Positions 10,532 to 20,912 are shown, counted from the first letter of the stretch. The stretch: 63,344 bases of DNA from a virus (IMGVR_UViG_3300037200_000212:1-63344); one strand, 5' to 3'. Notes: generated by a model not told the origin, from the sequence alone. Made by a program: numbers and translations.

Positions 10532-11806
10532 ATGGGTAGTGCAGTTCAAGGAGTTAGTGGTTCAATAGGAGGAGTACTTGGAGGTATTGTAGGACAATCT
10601 CAAGTTGCTGGTGCCGAAGGAAATGCCGCTAATCAACAAGCAATCGCTAATCAGATAATGCAACAAATCGGTGCAGCGCCGGATGTATCAGCTCCTTTAA
10701 TATTACAACAATACAAACAAGCTGGTGTTTTGACTCCCGAAATGGAAGCTAACATTACAGCTCAAATGCCTCAGGCAATAGGTAGTGATCAAACAGCTGT
10801 AAATGCTCAAACTCAAGCTTTACAACAAATGCAACAAAGAGCTGCTGGTGGATTAAGTGCTGGGGATAGAGCCGCTTTAACTCAAGCCGGTTTACAAGCA
10901 CAAGGTGACGTTCAAGGACGCTTAGGATCTATTGCTCAAAATATGCAACAACAGGGTCTAAGTGATAGTGGATCAAAACTTGCCATGCAATTATCTGCTG
11001 CTCAAGGTGGACAAAATGCAGAAGCACAAAGTGCTGGTCAAATTGCACAACAAGCTCAGCAAGCAGCAATTCAAGCTACTGGTCAGGCAGCAGGTCTTGG
11101 TGGTCAAATTGAAAATCAACAATTTGGTCAAGGATTGGCTAATCAACAAGCTCAAACTCAAATGCAAAGATTTAATGTTCAAAATCAACTTGGTGTTCAA
11201 CAACAAAATACTCAAGCTACTAATCAAGCTCAAGCAGCTAATCTGGCAAATCAACAACAAATTGGTAATGCAAATGTTAGTGCTGGTAATCAACAGCTTT
11301 ATAATCAACAGCAACAAGCTATGAATCAGTATAATGCTAATAAGAACACTGCAGAAGCTCAATCAGGTGCAGCATCTCAATATGGTAATGCATTGAATAA
11401 CCAAGCACAACAAACCGCTCAAGGATATATGAATATGTTCGGAGGTGGTGGTCAAGCAGTAGGTGGAGCAGCTGCTGCGGCTAATGCTGCGGGTAGTTCT
11501 GGTTCTGGTGGGCAATCAGGTGGTGTAAATCAACAAGCTTTCAATGGAGCAGAAAATTACGACGAATCTACGTTCTGGTCTGGTGGAAATGTTGGTAATT
11601 ATAAAGCCGGTGGACACGTTCCGGGTCAAGCAAGAATGCCCGGAGATCATCCTGCCAATGATACTGTACATGCAAAATTAAGTCCAGGAGAAATAGTACT
11701 TCCTCGCACAATAGCTAAATCTGATCTTGGTAAAAAATTATTGAAACTGTTATCTGATCACCATGCAGTTCAAAATGAATTAGATAAACACGAAACAAAC
11801 GGATAA
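10532..11806 (+). CDS. Internal virion / DNA-ejection (pilot-like) protein
   Basis: Gly-rich hydrophobic N-terminus, Q/A-rich coiled coil, C-terminal YKAGGHVPG...NDTVHAKLSPGEIVLP motif. Confidence 0.6.
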   Translation: MGSAVQGVSGSIGGVLGGIVGQSQVAGAEGNAANQQAIANQIMQQIGAAPDVSAPLILQQYKQAGVLTPEMEANITAQMPQAIGSDQTAVNAQTQALQQMQQRAAGGLSAGDRAALTQAGLQAQGDVQGRLGSIAQNMQQQGLSDSGSKLAMQLSAAQGGQNAEAQSAGQIAQQAQQAAIQATGQAAGLGGQIENQQFGQGLANQQAQTQMQRFNVQNQLGVQQQNTQATNQAQAANLANQQQIGNANVSAGNQQLYNQQQQAMNQYNANKNTAEAQSGAASQYGNALNNQAQQTAQGYMNMFGGGGQAVGGAAAAANAAGSSGSGGQSGGVNQQAFNGAENYDESTFWSGGNVGNYKAGGHVPGQARMPGDHPANDTVHAKLSPGEIVLPRTIAKSDLGKKLLKLLSDHHAVQNELDKHETNG

Positions 11807-11809
11807 TTT

Positions 11810-13705
11810 ATGGACATCAAAAAACTTAAAAAATTATACGAAGAATATAAAAAGATCGGCCAACCAAAAGGTTATGATGAAGGCGGAAAAGTGCCAGAAC
11901 ATAACAAAAAGAATTTGAAAAAATTAAATGATTCTTTTGGAAAATTTCTTGAAGAAGAAAGTTCTGAAAAAGGTTATGATGAAGGTGGACCAGTTAGAGC
12001 TCCTTCTCCTCAAGAATTTTCTTCTGCAACTATGGAAGGATTTGAATCACCATCACAATCAACTTCAACATTCATACCTAGTGATGAAAAAACTCCTCCA
12101 AGTAGTAGTGCCAAAAACTTAGACAAAAATTCATCATCAGATGAAGCGGCAAAAAGAGCTGCTATAAGAAAAAGTTATGGTTATGATGATTCTGGAAATC
12201 AAGTTTCTGGTTATTCAAAAGGTGGTAAAGTTAAAGGATATGCTGATGGGACTGATGAAGGAGTTCCCGTTCAAGCCGAAGATTCTCAAAAGATGGATCT
12301 TGGTGATATTCCAATTAATGCTGCTCCTGCTGATGAATTACCTGATTACACAGCCGAAGAAGCTGATGCTAAGAAAGTTGTCGATCAAAAACAAGCCTTA
12401 AATGATGAAGCTGGTCAAGATGAGGAAGAACAACCAAAAGAAGAATCAAAAGCATCTGATAAAGAAGATCGAAAACCTGCTTCTCAAGATGAAGAAAAAG
12501 ATGAAACTGAAATAGAAGAACCAACAGATAAAGAACAAGCTGATATAGATCAAAGTGGATTTTCAGGAAAAGCTGAAGGCATAACTCCACCTCCTTCTCA
12601 ACAAGACCAATTAGCTGATGCAATGAGACAAAGAGATGAAAATATTGCTTTGCAAAATATGCAAAAAGGTGCTGCTAGAATTGGTGCTGGTTTATTGAAA
12701 ACAAATCCTGCTCAATCATTAGCAAGTATTGGTGAAAATGACAAATATGTTAATTTACCAGTTGAAGACTATGCAGCTAAAGTTGCAAATCAACAAAATG
12801 ATCCTACTAGTCCTATGAGTAAAGTTGTTTCTCAGTATTTAACTCAAAAAGGATTCAATCTTCCTCCTGGAACTTCTGCTGCAGATGCTTTCAAAGTAAT
12901 GCCTTTTCTTCAAAAGGATAATGCATTAAAAGTTCAATTACAAAAAGTAATGATGCAACAAGGCGGTGCTCAACAAAGGACAGAACTTACTAACAAAACT
13001 AAATCTGATATTGCAGAAGCTAATAGACAGGCTGAAAATCAAAGAGCACAAGCTAAGAATGCAATAGAACAACAAAAAGCAAATGCTCAAACAAGTTCTG
13101 CTGAAAGTAATAAAGAACTGAAATCTCAAGCATCTCAAGATAGAGCTTTGGCTCAATCAAAAACTATGTTAGAATCGGCAAGGGGCAATCCCGCTGCAGC
13201 TCAAGCTGAAAAAGATTTATATGCTACAAGTAAAATTGATAGTTTATTTAAACTTTATCCAGATCCTAATAAAATTCCTCAAGCTCAAGTCAATTTAGCA
13301 TTACAAGAAATTGCAAAAGTTGCTACCGGTGGAGTTCCAACGGGTCATGAAATGGATGCTTTACAACCCGGAACACCTGAAAGTAAATTACAACAACTTT
13401 ATGGTAAATTGCAAAATCAACCAACACCTGCAAATCTTGGTGATTATTTGAACGAATTTAAAAAATATACTGGGGCTTTAAAAGGTGATGCTCAAAAAGT
13501 CATTCAAGACAAATATGGTCGTATTATAGAATCTAGTAAAAAACAATTGGGTGATGACAATTATAATTCTCTTAAAGATCAGTACTTGAATCGTTTTAAT
13601 AGTCCAGAAGTTCATCCACAAGATTCTCAAGCACTTGATTGGGCGAAGAAAAATCCAAATGATCCAAGATCTGCTCAAATATTAAAGATTAATGGAATCC
13701 AATAA
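11810..13705 (+). CDS. Internal virion / ejection protein
   Basis: 631 aa; repeated GYDEGG/GYSKGG/GYADG motifs, acidic linker, helical C-half. Confidence 0.55.
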   Translation: MDIKKLKKLYEEYKKIGQPKGYDEGGKVPEHNKKNLKKLNDSFGKFLEEESSEKGYDEGGPVRAPSPQEFSSATMEGFESPSQSTSTFIPSDEKTPPSSSAKNLDKNSSSDEAAKRAAIRKSYGYDDSGNQVSGYSKGGKVKGYADGTDEGVPVQAEDSQKMDLGDIPINAAPADELPDYTAEEADAKKVVDQKQALNDEAGQDEEEQPKEESKASDKEDRKPASQDEEKDETEIEEPTDKEQADIDQSGFSGKAEGITPPPSQQDQLADAMRQRDENIALQNMQKGAARIGAGLLKTNPAQSLASIGENDKYVNLPVEDYAAKVANQQNDPTSPMSKVVSQYLTQKGFNLPPGTSAADAFKVMPFLQKDNALKVQLQKVMMQQGGAQQRTELTNKTKSDIAEANRQAENQRAQAKNAIEQQKANAQTSSAESNKELKSQASQDRALAQSKTMLESARGNPAAAQAEKDLYATSKIDSLFKLYPDPNKIPQAQVNLALQEIAKVATGGVPTGHEMDALQPGTPESKLQQLYGKLQNQPTPANLGDYLNEFKKYTGALKGDAQKVIQDKYGRIIESSKKQLGDDNYNSLKDQYLNRFNSPEVHPQDSQALDWAKKNPNDPRSAQILKINGIQ

Positions 13706-15512
13706 AATGGCTGATGATAGCTTCGATCCAGATAAATATTTAGCTGATAAAACTCAAAGTGGTAGTTTTGACCCAGATGCATATCTAAATGCAAAAGCTG
13801 CTGCTATTGCTCCTCCTACAGAAGATAAATCCAAAGACTGGTCCAAACTTCAATCTGCTGGTCAAGGTGCTCTTCAAGGAGCTACCGCTGGATTCTCTGA
13901 TGAATTAGGCGGAGTTGAAGGTGCTATTCAAGATAAGCTATTGGGTAATCCTAGTAAAAAGTCATTAAAAGATCTATATACCGAATATCGTGATTTGCAA
14001 AGAAATAGGAATAAGGAAGCTGAAACAGCCAATCCTGGTAGTTATCTAGCAGGTAACGTTGCTGGTGGAGTTGGAGCTGGAATAGCTGCTCCTGGTCTAT
14101 TAGCTCCTAAAACGGTCGCAGGAGCTGCAGGTCTTGGGGCTGCTGCTGGACTAGGAACTAGCGATGCAGACCTTACTAACCCTTCATTACAAAGCGTAGG
14201 ACAAGCTGCAAAAGATACTGCATTAGGTGCTGGATTAGGCGCTGCTGCTGGTGCTGTTGGTCAAAAAATTGGAAATGCTTTAAATCCTGAAAATTTAGAG
14301 ACCGCTAGTTCAAAATTAGCTTCAAGTGCTGTAGGACTAAAACCTTCAAAAGAATTAACTAGTGTTTATAATCCTTCGACTGGTCAGATGCAAAAGGGTT
14401 CAAATATCATAAAAGGTATAGGAACTACTGCTTTAGAAAATAATGCATTGCCAATGACTGGTGGAGCATCTGGAATATATGATAGTTCTTTGCAAGCTAT
14501 TGATAATAAATATAAACAGTTAAGCCCAGTTTTAGATCAAACTCAAAAAGTATTAGATCAAAATTTACCAGAATATACAGAAGCTGCTGGTCACTTAGGC
14601 GATAAAGCCGCTGATTTCTTGTATCAATTTAGGGATAGTTTATCTTCAGATCCGGACCAAGATAAAATAATGCAAAATATTGAACAAAAATATATGCCTT
14701 ACATTCAGAAGTTATCTGATAGCGATGGTAATCTTCAAGCTTTAAATACATTAAAACGAGGACTTCAAAGTAAAGCTACAGATCTTTCAGCAGCTGCTTA
14801 TGCCCAACCTACAAGTGATTTGAAGCCCGAAGCTGAATTTGTTAAACGTTTAGGTGGTGTTGTTAGACAACATATAGAAGATCTTGCAACGGCTGCAAAT
14901 CCAGGAGCTGGAGATCAAATTGGTTCTATTAATAAAGATCTAAGCAATCTATATACTTATAATGATGCAGCTAAAAAATTAATGGATAAAACTCCAAATG
15001 CATTAGCAAATAATGTAACAACTGGTGCTGGTGTAGGACTTGGATTCTTGGCTGGTGGACCCATTGGTGCAGCAGCAACTGGTATTGGAAAATTGGCTGT
15101 AGAAGCTGGTACTGGAAATCCTGTTAGTCGTTTGGCTAAAATCGGTGGAGCAAAAGCTTTAAATGCTGCTTCAAAAGCAATTGATACTCCTTCAGGACAA
15201 TTAGTTCAAAAAGCTGTACAACAAGTCCCACAACAAATTGTGGCAAATCCATTTGCACAAGAGAAATTACAAGGTAGTAGAAATTCTGCTCCAACTCAAG
15301 AAGCAACTAATCTTTCATCTTCACTTTATAATGCAACAGATGAATCATTAAAAGGAGTAGCTGATAAATTTAAAGATACTCCTGGTCTAGAATTTTATTC
15401 AGATCATTTAAATAAAGCTATTGATACTAATGATCAAGGTGAAAAGAATAGGGCAATTTTTTTAATAATGCAAAACCCAAAGACAAGGGCTTTAGTTTCG
15501 CCACAACAATAA
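13692..15512 (+). CDS. Internal virion / ejection protein (likely start ATG 13707)
   Basis: N-terminal FDPDxYL repeats, QGATAGFSDELGG motif, Gly/Ala-rich hydrophobic segments. Confidence 0.6.
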   Translation: MESNKMADDSFDPDKYLADKTQSGSFDPDAYLNAKAAAIAPPTEDKSKDWSKLQSAGQGALQGATAGFSDELGGVEGAIQDKLLGNPSKKSLKDLYTEYRDLQRNRNKEAETANPGSYLAGNVAGGVGAGIAAPGLLAPKTVAGAAGLGAAAGLGTSDADLTNPSLQSVGQAAKDTALGAGLGAAAGAVGQKIGNALNPENLETASSKLASSAVGLKPSKELTSVYNPSTGQMQKGSNIIKGIGTTALENNALPMTGGASGIYDSSLQAIDNKYKQLSPVLDQTQKVLDQNLPEYTEAAGHLGDKAADFLYQFRDSLSSDPDQDKIMQNIEQKYMPYIQKLSDSDGNLQALNTLKRGLQSKATDLSAAAYAQPTSDLKPEAEFVKRLGGVVRQHIEDLATAANPGAGDQIGSINKDLSNLYTYNDAAKKLMDKTPNALANNVTTGAGVGLGFLAGGPIGAAATGIGKLAVEAGTGNPVSRLAKIGGAKALNAASKAIDTPSGQLVQKAVQQVPQQIVANPFAQEKLQGSRNSAPTQEATNLSSSLYNATDESLKGVADKFKDTPGLEFYSDHLNKAIDTNDQGEKNRAIFLIMQNPKTRALVSPQQ

Positions 15513-15516
15513 CAAG

Positions 15517-15825
15517 GTGATAAAAATGTCCGATGACATCTTAAGACTCATTCATGAAAAAGTAGAAAAACTTGATAGTAAAATTGATACTATCAGTAGT
15601 GATATAGTAGAAATCAAAATAACTTCTGCTAGACATGATGAAAATTTGAAACTTCACATGAAACGAAGTGATCTTGCAGAACAAGGTATCAACATTTTAA
15701 AAGAAGAATTAGTACCTATTAAAAAACATGTTCATGGTATAGATAGTATCATTAAGTTTATAATGATTGGTTCAAGTTTCATCGGAGCTATCGCTGGGAT
15801 CTTGAAGCTTTTCAAGAAAATCTAA
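15517..15825 (+). CDS. Holin-like coiled-coil protein with C-terminal TM helix (XhlA-like)
   Basis: Coiled coil, then hydrophobic IIKFIMIGSSFIGAIAGIL and basic tail; last gene of the virion operon. Confidence 0.45.
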   Translation: MIKMSDDILRLIHEKVEKLDSKIDTISSDIVEIKITSARHDENLKLHMKRSDLAEQGINILKEELVPIKKHVHGIDSIIKFIMIGSSFIGAIAGILKLFKKI

Positions 15826-16563
15826 TTCTCTTTCTCGATCAATTTTTTCAATAATTTCATCTTCCAAATCATTAGAAACCATTAGAAGTTCTGATAGATC
15901 ATCTATTCCCAATGCTTTGCCTTGGGCTTTAGCTCTTGTTAATATACATCTATTTCTAGAATTATTCTTATCTTCAGCTTCTTTTTTATAAAAGTCTTCC
16001 ACGAAACTCATAGATTCTTTAATCTGTTGTTTAAATTTATTTTTTAATTCGACTTGGATTTCTTTAAATTGAATTTTAAATGAGTCTTTAATTTGCTGTT
16101 TGAATTTGTTTTTTAATTTATTTAATACATTATCAAGTTTCATTTTGGAAGTAGTTGATATCTGGGAATTTTTTATCGACAGGCCATATTTTTTAAATTT
16201 TTCATTTAATTGAAATACTAGATTCAGTTCAGTTTCATTCAGCAACACTATGATTTCTTTAAAGTCTTTATTTAATTTTTTTGATATGGATTGTAGATGT
16301 TTATTATTTTTGCTTTCTACTTTTTTCTTTTTATGAATTCTTTTTTTATTGGTTTTAAAATCGGCATGAATAGATTCATTTGCAAAATCATTCAGGAATT
16401 GTTTTGGATTATATTTCTTTCCAGTTTTAGGATCTACCCATACATCTGGCAAAGTATTTACATAATCGAAATCTAATTCTTCAAACCGGGTTTTGAGATT
16501 TAATTGAGGATCAAGGGCCGGGTATTTGGAACTAGATCTTCTGCTTCGTTTTTTTGGGATCAC
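15772..16563 (-). CDS. Basic hypothetical protein
   Basis: 263 aa ORF; internal duplication LKNKFKQQIKDS / LKNKFKQQIKES. Confidence 0.55.
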   Translation of the reverse strand: MIPKKRSRRSSSKYPALDPQLNLKTRFEELDFDYVNTLPDVWVDPKTGKKYNPKQFLNDFANESIHADFKTNKKRIHKKKKVESKNNKHLQSISKKLNKDFKEIIVLLNETELNLVFQLNEKFKKYGLSIKNSQISTTSKMKLDNVLNKLKNKFKQQIKDSFKIQFKEIQVELKNKFKQQIKESMSFVEDFYKKEAEDKNNSRNRCILTRAKAQGKALGIDDLSELLMVSNDLEDEIIEKIDRERELDFLEKLQDPSDSSDET

Positions 16564-17155
16564 TGGGTTTTCTCATTTCATTTATTAATTCCTCTGTTAA
16601 ATAATCATTAATAGATTTATCAACACCAAACCAATAATGCTTGTCTATAAGTTTTTCATCAAAATACATCTTACAGAACATCTTGAATTGTCTGATACTT
16701 AGAGGTCGTTTTTTACACCATTTAAGATACAGATCATATAATACAGTATCTTTTATAAAAAGTCCACCTCTTTTTATGCAATAATCGTTCCTAAATCTAT
16801 TATAGGTATCAATGTGGCCTTTATATTTGGTTTTATCATCTTGTTTTAAATACTTAAAGACTTCTTCTTTAACGTTCAAAGCTTTTCGATTTAATAATAT
16901 ATAACTACTATGAGAAGGTAATATATCTCTCAATGAACTTATGAATGGCTCAAATTTTATGGGATTTTTAGACCATTTCTTATAGAGTTTATATAATAAT
17001 CTGAAAGTGACTAATTCTTTTCCACCTTTTATATTGTAAATAGATATAAATTCCATGATGTCATCTGGCCACTCATAGATTTTAACTGAGGAGGGTTCAT
17101 TTCGAATCAGATCTAATAGTTCGTTTTCGGAAAGATCGGTCAGAGCTTTTTTCAT
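16532..17155 (-). CDS. Putative DNA-binding protein with two winged-helix-like repeats
   Basis: Two copies of I.GG.......LY.LY.KW, resembling D5-primase C-terminal wHTH. Confidence 0.4.
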   Translation of the reverse strand: MKKALTDLSENELLDLIRNEPSSVKIYEWPDDIMEFISIYNIKGGKELVTFRLLYKLYKKWSKNPIKFEPFISSLRDILPSHSSYILLNRKALNVKEEVFKYLKQDDKTKYKGHIDTYNRFRNDYCIKRGGLFIKDTVLYDLYLKWCKKRPLSIRQFKMFCKMYFDEKLIDKHYWFGVDKSINDYLTEELINEMRKPSDPKKTKQKI

Positions 17156-17699
17156 ATATTTGCTTAATTTTATTTAAAAATTCATCCTCTGTTCTATCCA
17201 TCTTCATTTCATTGCATACTTTGCAACAGCTTACACAATTATCTATTATATATCCTATTTTATTATCTTTTCTATCGATTCCATTATAAATGTAATTTCC
17301 TTTTTGATTGGTTCCACTAGTTTTTTGTATAAAATTAGGTTCTATTCCACAATAATAACAATTTCCTTTAAAAAGAATACTCAATTGTTCATCATTTAGA
17401 GTAAATTCATGATTTCTTTTTTTAGCATTTTTCTTGTAATTACATTTTAATCTATTAAACCCTGAAACTCCTATTCCTTTAAATATTTTTTTAAAGGAAT
17501 TATCTTTAGTTAAACATCCACAAGATTTAGATAAGTTATAAAATAATGAATGTTTTAAAACATTTCTAATCGTTCCACACTTACATATACATTCAAAGGT
17601 TTTTACATTATATCCATTTGCATTTTTAAATGGAAAACCTTCTTTAATTATAGTCCATCTTCCAAATTTTTTACCTACTAATCCTTCATATTTATTCAT
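17097..17699 (-). CDS. HNH homing endonuclease
   Basis: GKKFGRWT N-terminus, CxCG / SCGC, CYYCG...GIDRKDN.IGY...NCVSCC..CN.MK. Confidence 0.8.
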   Translation of the reverse strand: MNKYEGLVGKKFGRWTIIKEGFPFKNANGYNVKTFECICKCGTIRNVLKHSLFYNLSKSCGCLTKDNSFKKIFKGIGVSGFNRLKCNYKKNAKKRNHEFTLNDEQLSILFKGNCYYCGIEPNFIQKTSGTNQKGNYIYNGIDRKDNKIGYIIDNCVSCCKVCNEMKMDRTEDEFLNKIKQIYEKSSDRSFRKRTIRSDSK

Positions 17700-18037
17700 T
17701 GATAAATAGTATGAGCTGCTGAAATTGCTAAACCAGTTAAAAGCACTCCAGCTGCAAAATAGCCTACTTTCTCCCAGGTACTAAGACTTGAAGTAGATTC
17801 TAGAGTTTTACTCAGATTATTATTTTGATCACTTAGAAGCTTAATCTGTTGGTCTTTAAGATCATTAGTGGTTTTATACATATCTCTTTCTAATGTATTA
17901 TCTCTTAGAGTCTTAACTTCTTCTTCTGGCAATAGATATCCAGCAAAAGGCGCTGGATCTTTTAAATTCAAATAAACACTATCTGTTGCATAAGAAATGT
18001 TTGATACCAATAATATAGAAATAATTAATTTATACAT
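17696..18037 (-). CDS. Exported coiled-coil protein with C-terminal TM (spanin-like)
   Basis: Signal peptide, APFAGYLL motif, coiled coil, C-terminal hydrophobic helix. Confidence 0.4.
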   Translation of the reverse strand: MYKLIISILLVSNISYATDSVYLNLKDPAPFAGYLLPEEEVKTLRDNTLERDMYKTTNDLKDQQIKLLSDQNNNLSKTLESTSSLSTWEKVGYFAAGVLLTGLAISAAHTIYQ

Positions 18038-18518
18038 CTTTTCGATCCAATCCTTTTAAACCTTTGGAATGATTAATATTATCTTTATCTAAAATAAAAT
18101 CATTTCCAACTGATTCGGGAAGTTTACCATTTTTCCAATATTGAAAAGTCATAAAGCTACTAGCGCTATTAACTAATAGGCCATGAATATCTCCTGCTGG
18201 AACAAATGCTATAGAATCGTTACTTAATAACTTATGATTAAATGATTTAATTTCAGAAGAACTTTTATATTGAAACCCATTCGATTCGAATATAAAATCA
18301 CCAAACACATGCATTTGATAAACGTCAACATTTGGATGTGAATGATATTCGATTAATTTAATATCTTCTGGAATAATGAATAGTTCCGTTTGAAAATAAT
18401 CTTGACGGTCTAATACAAGTCCAAGCATTGGCCCATATTGAGTAATAGCTCTTGGACAAATGGAACCAAAATTTCTTGACATCATACTTGTAAAATAATG
18501 GTCCAAAGGTTTAAACAT
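18030..18518 (-). CDS. Cupin-domain protein
   Basis: HSHPNVD..MHVFG motif 1 and VPAGDIHG motif 2. Confidence 0.6.
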   Translation of the reverse strand: MFKPLDHYFTSMMSRNFGSICPRAITQYGPMLGLVLDRQDYFQTELFIIPEDIKLIEYHSHPNVDVYQMHVFGDFIFESNGFQYKSSSEIKSFNHKLLSNDSIAFVPAGDIHGLLVNSASSFMTFQYWKNGKLPESVGNDFILDKDNINHSKGLKGLDRKDV

Positions 18519-18847
18519 TATTTATCCAAAGACAATTGTGATTCTGGGACTCCAACAAATCTAAACATGTCATGACCATTGCAACTTTGAAGTTGAACTT
18601 CATATTGTTTATGTTGTTCATTAAAAGAATCAACTGTTCCATGACAAGTTCCATAAAAATCAGTAGTGAACTTTACTTTGTCACCATAATGAAATTTAGT
18701 ATCTGCCAGACTATTTCTTGCTATCAGAATTAAGAAAAGCCAAGGCATCTTTTTCAGAAAGCGGATCATTCTCTTCTTCCTTTGTTTTTTGTTCCACATT
18801 AGTAATTTGAGTATTAATAGTCGCGACTTCAGAATCTGTTTTAGCAT
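18518..18847 (-). CDS. Small hypothetical protein (true start probably downstream of 18847)
   Basis: C-terminal SH3/KOW-like segment FHYGDKVKF...GTV....YEV. Confidence 0.35.
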   Translation of the reverse strand: MLKQILKSRLLILKLLMWNKKQRKKRMIRFLKKMPWLFLILIARNSLADTKFHYGDKVKFTTDFYGTCHGTVDSFNEQHKQYEVQLQSCNGHDMFRFVGVPESQLSLDK

Positions 18848-18983
18848 TTAGTTTTAATGCTTGTTGCACTTCTACTTCTTTCTTTTCGAAAACAAATAAA
18901 CCAATAAATATTGCAGATATGAAACTCAATACAATTATTAGTCCATTCTTAATTTTATTAAAGAAAGCGATTATCGATGCCAT
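18711..18983 (-). CDS. N-terminal TM + coiled-coil protein (i-spanin-like)
   Basis: Single N-terminal TM followed by a coiled coil. Confidence 0.4.
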   Translation of the reverse strand: MASIIAFFNKIKNGLIIVLSFISAIFIGLFVFEKKEVEVQQALKLNAKTDSEVATINTQITNVEQKTKEEENDPLSEKDALAFLNSDSKK

Positions 18984-19837
18984 ACCACGTCTCTTTGAAG
19001 TATTGCACAGATATCTTTAATCTTCTTATCAGTTTTACTATCAAGTTTGGAACATTTTACTAGAACATCTTCAATATTAATCAAAGACTTGGTTTGTGCA
19101 GTAAGTTCAAGTTCTTGCTTAATAAGTGTTTCTGGAATCTTGGGGCTTTCATTTTGAACAAAATTCACAAGTTGTTCATAGGGAACGGTCCAACCGTATC
19201 CGAAATCTCCTTGACCAGCAAATACAACTCCAATAAGTTGCTTTGAACTATTATAAACTCCTGAACCAGAAGATCCAGGCATAATAGTTGCTGAAACTAG
19301 TCTTGATTGATATGATTTAACGATAGGCATTCCACCAACAAATGCACAGATCAATGGGTTATCATCTGCAGTGCATGGTCTGAGGCCTGTCATGACTTGT
19401 ATAATAGATTGACCAGAAAGATGTCCTTTGGATATTATATTAGGCATTAATGCTGGATGACCGCTTACTAGGACATCATCATACATTTCAGGACCTTTAG
19501 CTGCAATAAAAGCATTATATTTCAAATTATTAAGTACTGATAGAATGCAAAGATCGGACACTTCTGAAATCTTTACAGAATTTGCTTGGAAAACTCCTCC
19601 ACCATTTGTAACAACTACTCCTCCACCAGTTACTACTTTGCAAACGTGAGCATTTGTAAGCACGTAACTCTTTTCAGGACTAGAAGCAATAATGATTCCG
19701 GTTCCTCCATGATTTTGATCACGATTAGTAATCATAACACTTGTATTATGAAGATCTGTTTTACCGGTTGGGTGGGTAAATTTAAAAGCCGCTAGAACGA
19801 CTACAAGACCCACTAGTACCAAAATTCTTTTAGACAT
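18971..19837 (-). CDS. Secreted/membrane-anchored trypsin-like (S1) serine protease
   Basis: N-terminal hydrophobic segment; triad LTNAHVC (His), SDLC (Asp), PGSSGSG (Ser); no PDZ. Confidence 0.8.
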   Translation of the reverse strand: MSKRILVLVGLVVVLAAFKFTHPTGKTDLHNTSVMITNRDQNHGGTGIIIASSPEKSYVLTNAHVCKVVTGGGVVVTNGGGVFQANSVKISEVSDLCILSVLNNLKYNAFIAAKGPEMYDDVLVSGHPALMPNIISKGHLSGQSIIQVMTGLRPCTADDNPLICAFVGGMPIVKSYQSRLVSATIMPGSSGSGVYNSSKQLIGVVFAGQGDFGYGWTVPYEQLVNFVQNESPKIPETLIKQELELTAQTKSLINIEDVLVKCSKLDSKTDKKIKDICAILQRDVVWHR

Positions 19838-20111
19838 TATTACTCCCTGATTGATTGTTAATTAATTGACGTTTATGACCATAGTTAAGTAATGAGAACA
19901 TAACGGGTAGCGTATCAGCTATATTTATCGTTTGAACATTCCATGCAAATGATGAGACATTAAATGTTGAACCACCGAATAACATTCTGAAAGCAGCTAT
20001 TAAAACAAATAATGCTACTGTGATATTAGTAAGTGAAACTTTTCCTTCATGATCCAGGAAATTAAGTTTATCTAGTGAATTCTTAATGAGATTTTTAAGC
20101 TGATCTATCAT
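19830..20111 (-). CDS. Two-TM membrane protein (holin candidate)
   Basis: Two hydrophobic helices and a polar tail. Confidence 0.35.
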   Translation of the reverse strand: MIDQLKNLIKNSLDKLNFLDHEGKVSLTNITVALFVLIAAFRMLFGGSTFNVSSFAWNVQTINIADTLPVMFSLLNYGHKRQLINNQSGSNNV

Positions 20112-20548
20112 TTACTCATTCTACCTTTCTTTTTAAAACTTTTCAAGGGTTTTTTTGTAAGTCTTACTGGTTTTTGTCCATTCTTTACGCGCATTTGATT
20201 CTCAACAAGAGTTTTTGCATCATGACAAGTTAGACATAATATTTGATAACCACTTGATTTAACAAGCATTCTTTCAATAGTTTCATCCCAAGACTTTTTT
20301 CCAGTGACGGGTATTACTGGTTCTATATGATCTTTATTAATTTCTTTCGGACCAAAAGCTTGCTTGCAAGATTCGCAAGTATAAAGTCCTCTTTCGATGC
20401 GTTGTCGTGCTAAAGCCATGTGACCATATGGCCATCGGTATGTCGCACGTCTTAAAGCCTGCATAGTGAAATTGTCCCGGAACTTATTAAATGCTTCCTG
20501 GTCTCTTTCTATTACACTATAATCTTTTTTCTTTTTAGGAGTTTTCAT
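20108..20548 (-). CDS. HNH endonuclease
   Basis: CESC...DHIEPV...QILCLTCHDAKT. Confidence 0.75.
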   Translation of the reverse strand: MKTPKKKKDYSVIERDQEAFNKFRDNFTMQALRRATYRWPYGHMALARQRIERGLYTCESCKQAFGPKEINKDHIEPVIPVTGKKSWDETIERMLVKSSGYQILCLTCHDAKTLVENQMRVKNGQKPVRLTKKPLKSFKKKGRMSK

Positions 20549-20832
20549 TAAACTTTTACAGCTCTTGTTCTAAATTTACAACTTGTACAGATTTTTAATT
20601 TGCGACCTAATATAATTAATTCTTTCAAATAACCGACTTTACATTCAGTACAATCCGGTTCTTCGTATTCAAATGTTTTTAGATCTTCTATTTTATTTTG
20701 CCTATAACCCAGTAGTTTTTCTAGTCTTTTTATTTCTTGTTGAAGTCTTTTGATTTGCTTTTTTTGACCTCTTATTATTCCCAATTGATCTTCGTCGTAC
20801 TTGTGCGTTGATCTCTTCTTCTTTTTGAGCAT
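20548..20832 (-). CDS. Coiled-coil protein with C-terminal Zn ribbon
   Basis: CTEC...CTSC. Confidence 0.45.
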   Translation of the reverse strand: MLKKKKRSTHKYDEDQLGIIRGQKKQIKRLQQEIKRLEKLLGYRQNKIEDLKTFEYEEPDCTECKVGYLKELIILGRKLKICTSCKFRTRAVKV

Positions 20833-20912
20833 CTTTAATAATTCCTGTTAAAAAATAAACTGCTACTCCATAGGCAATTATAAATGCTACTACGAACATT
20901 ATGCCTACTAGA

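Noticed and set aside
3598-13678. Short antisense and alternate-frame ORFs in the virion module, and similar shadow ORFs in the - strand block
   Set aside because: They lie wholly inside longer motif-bearing genes, reflect codon bias of Q/A/T-rich proteins, and show no recognisable motifs
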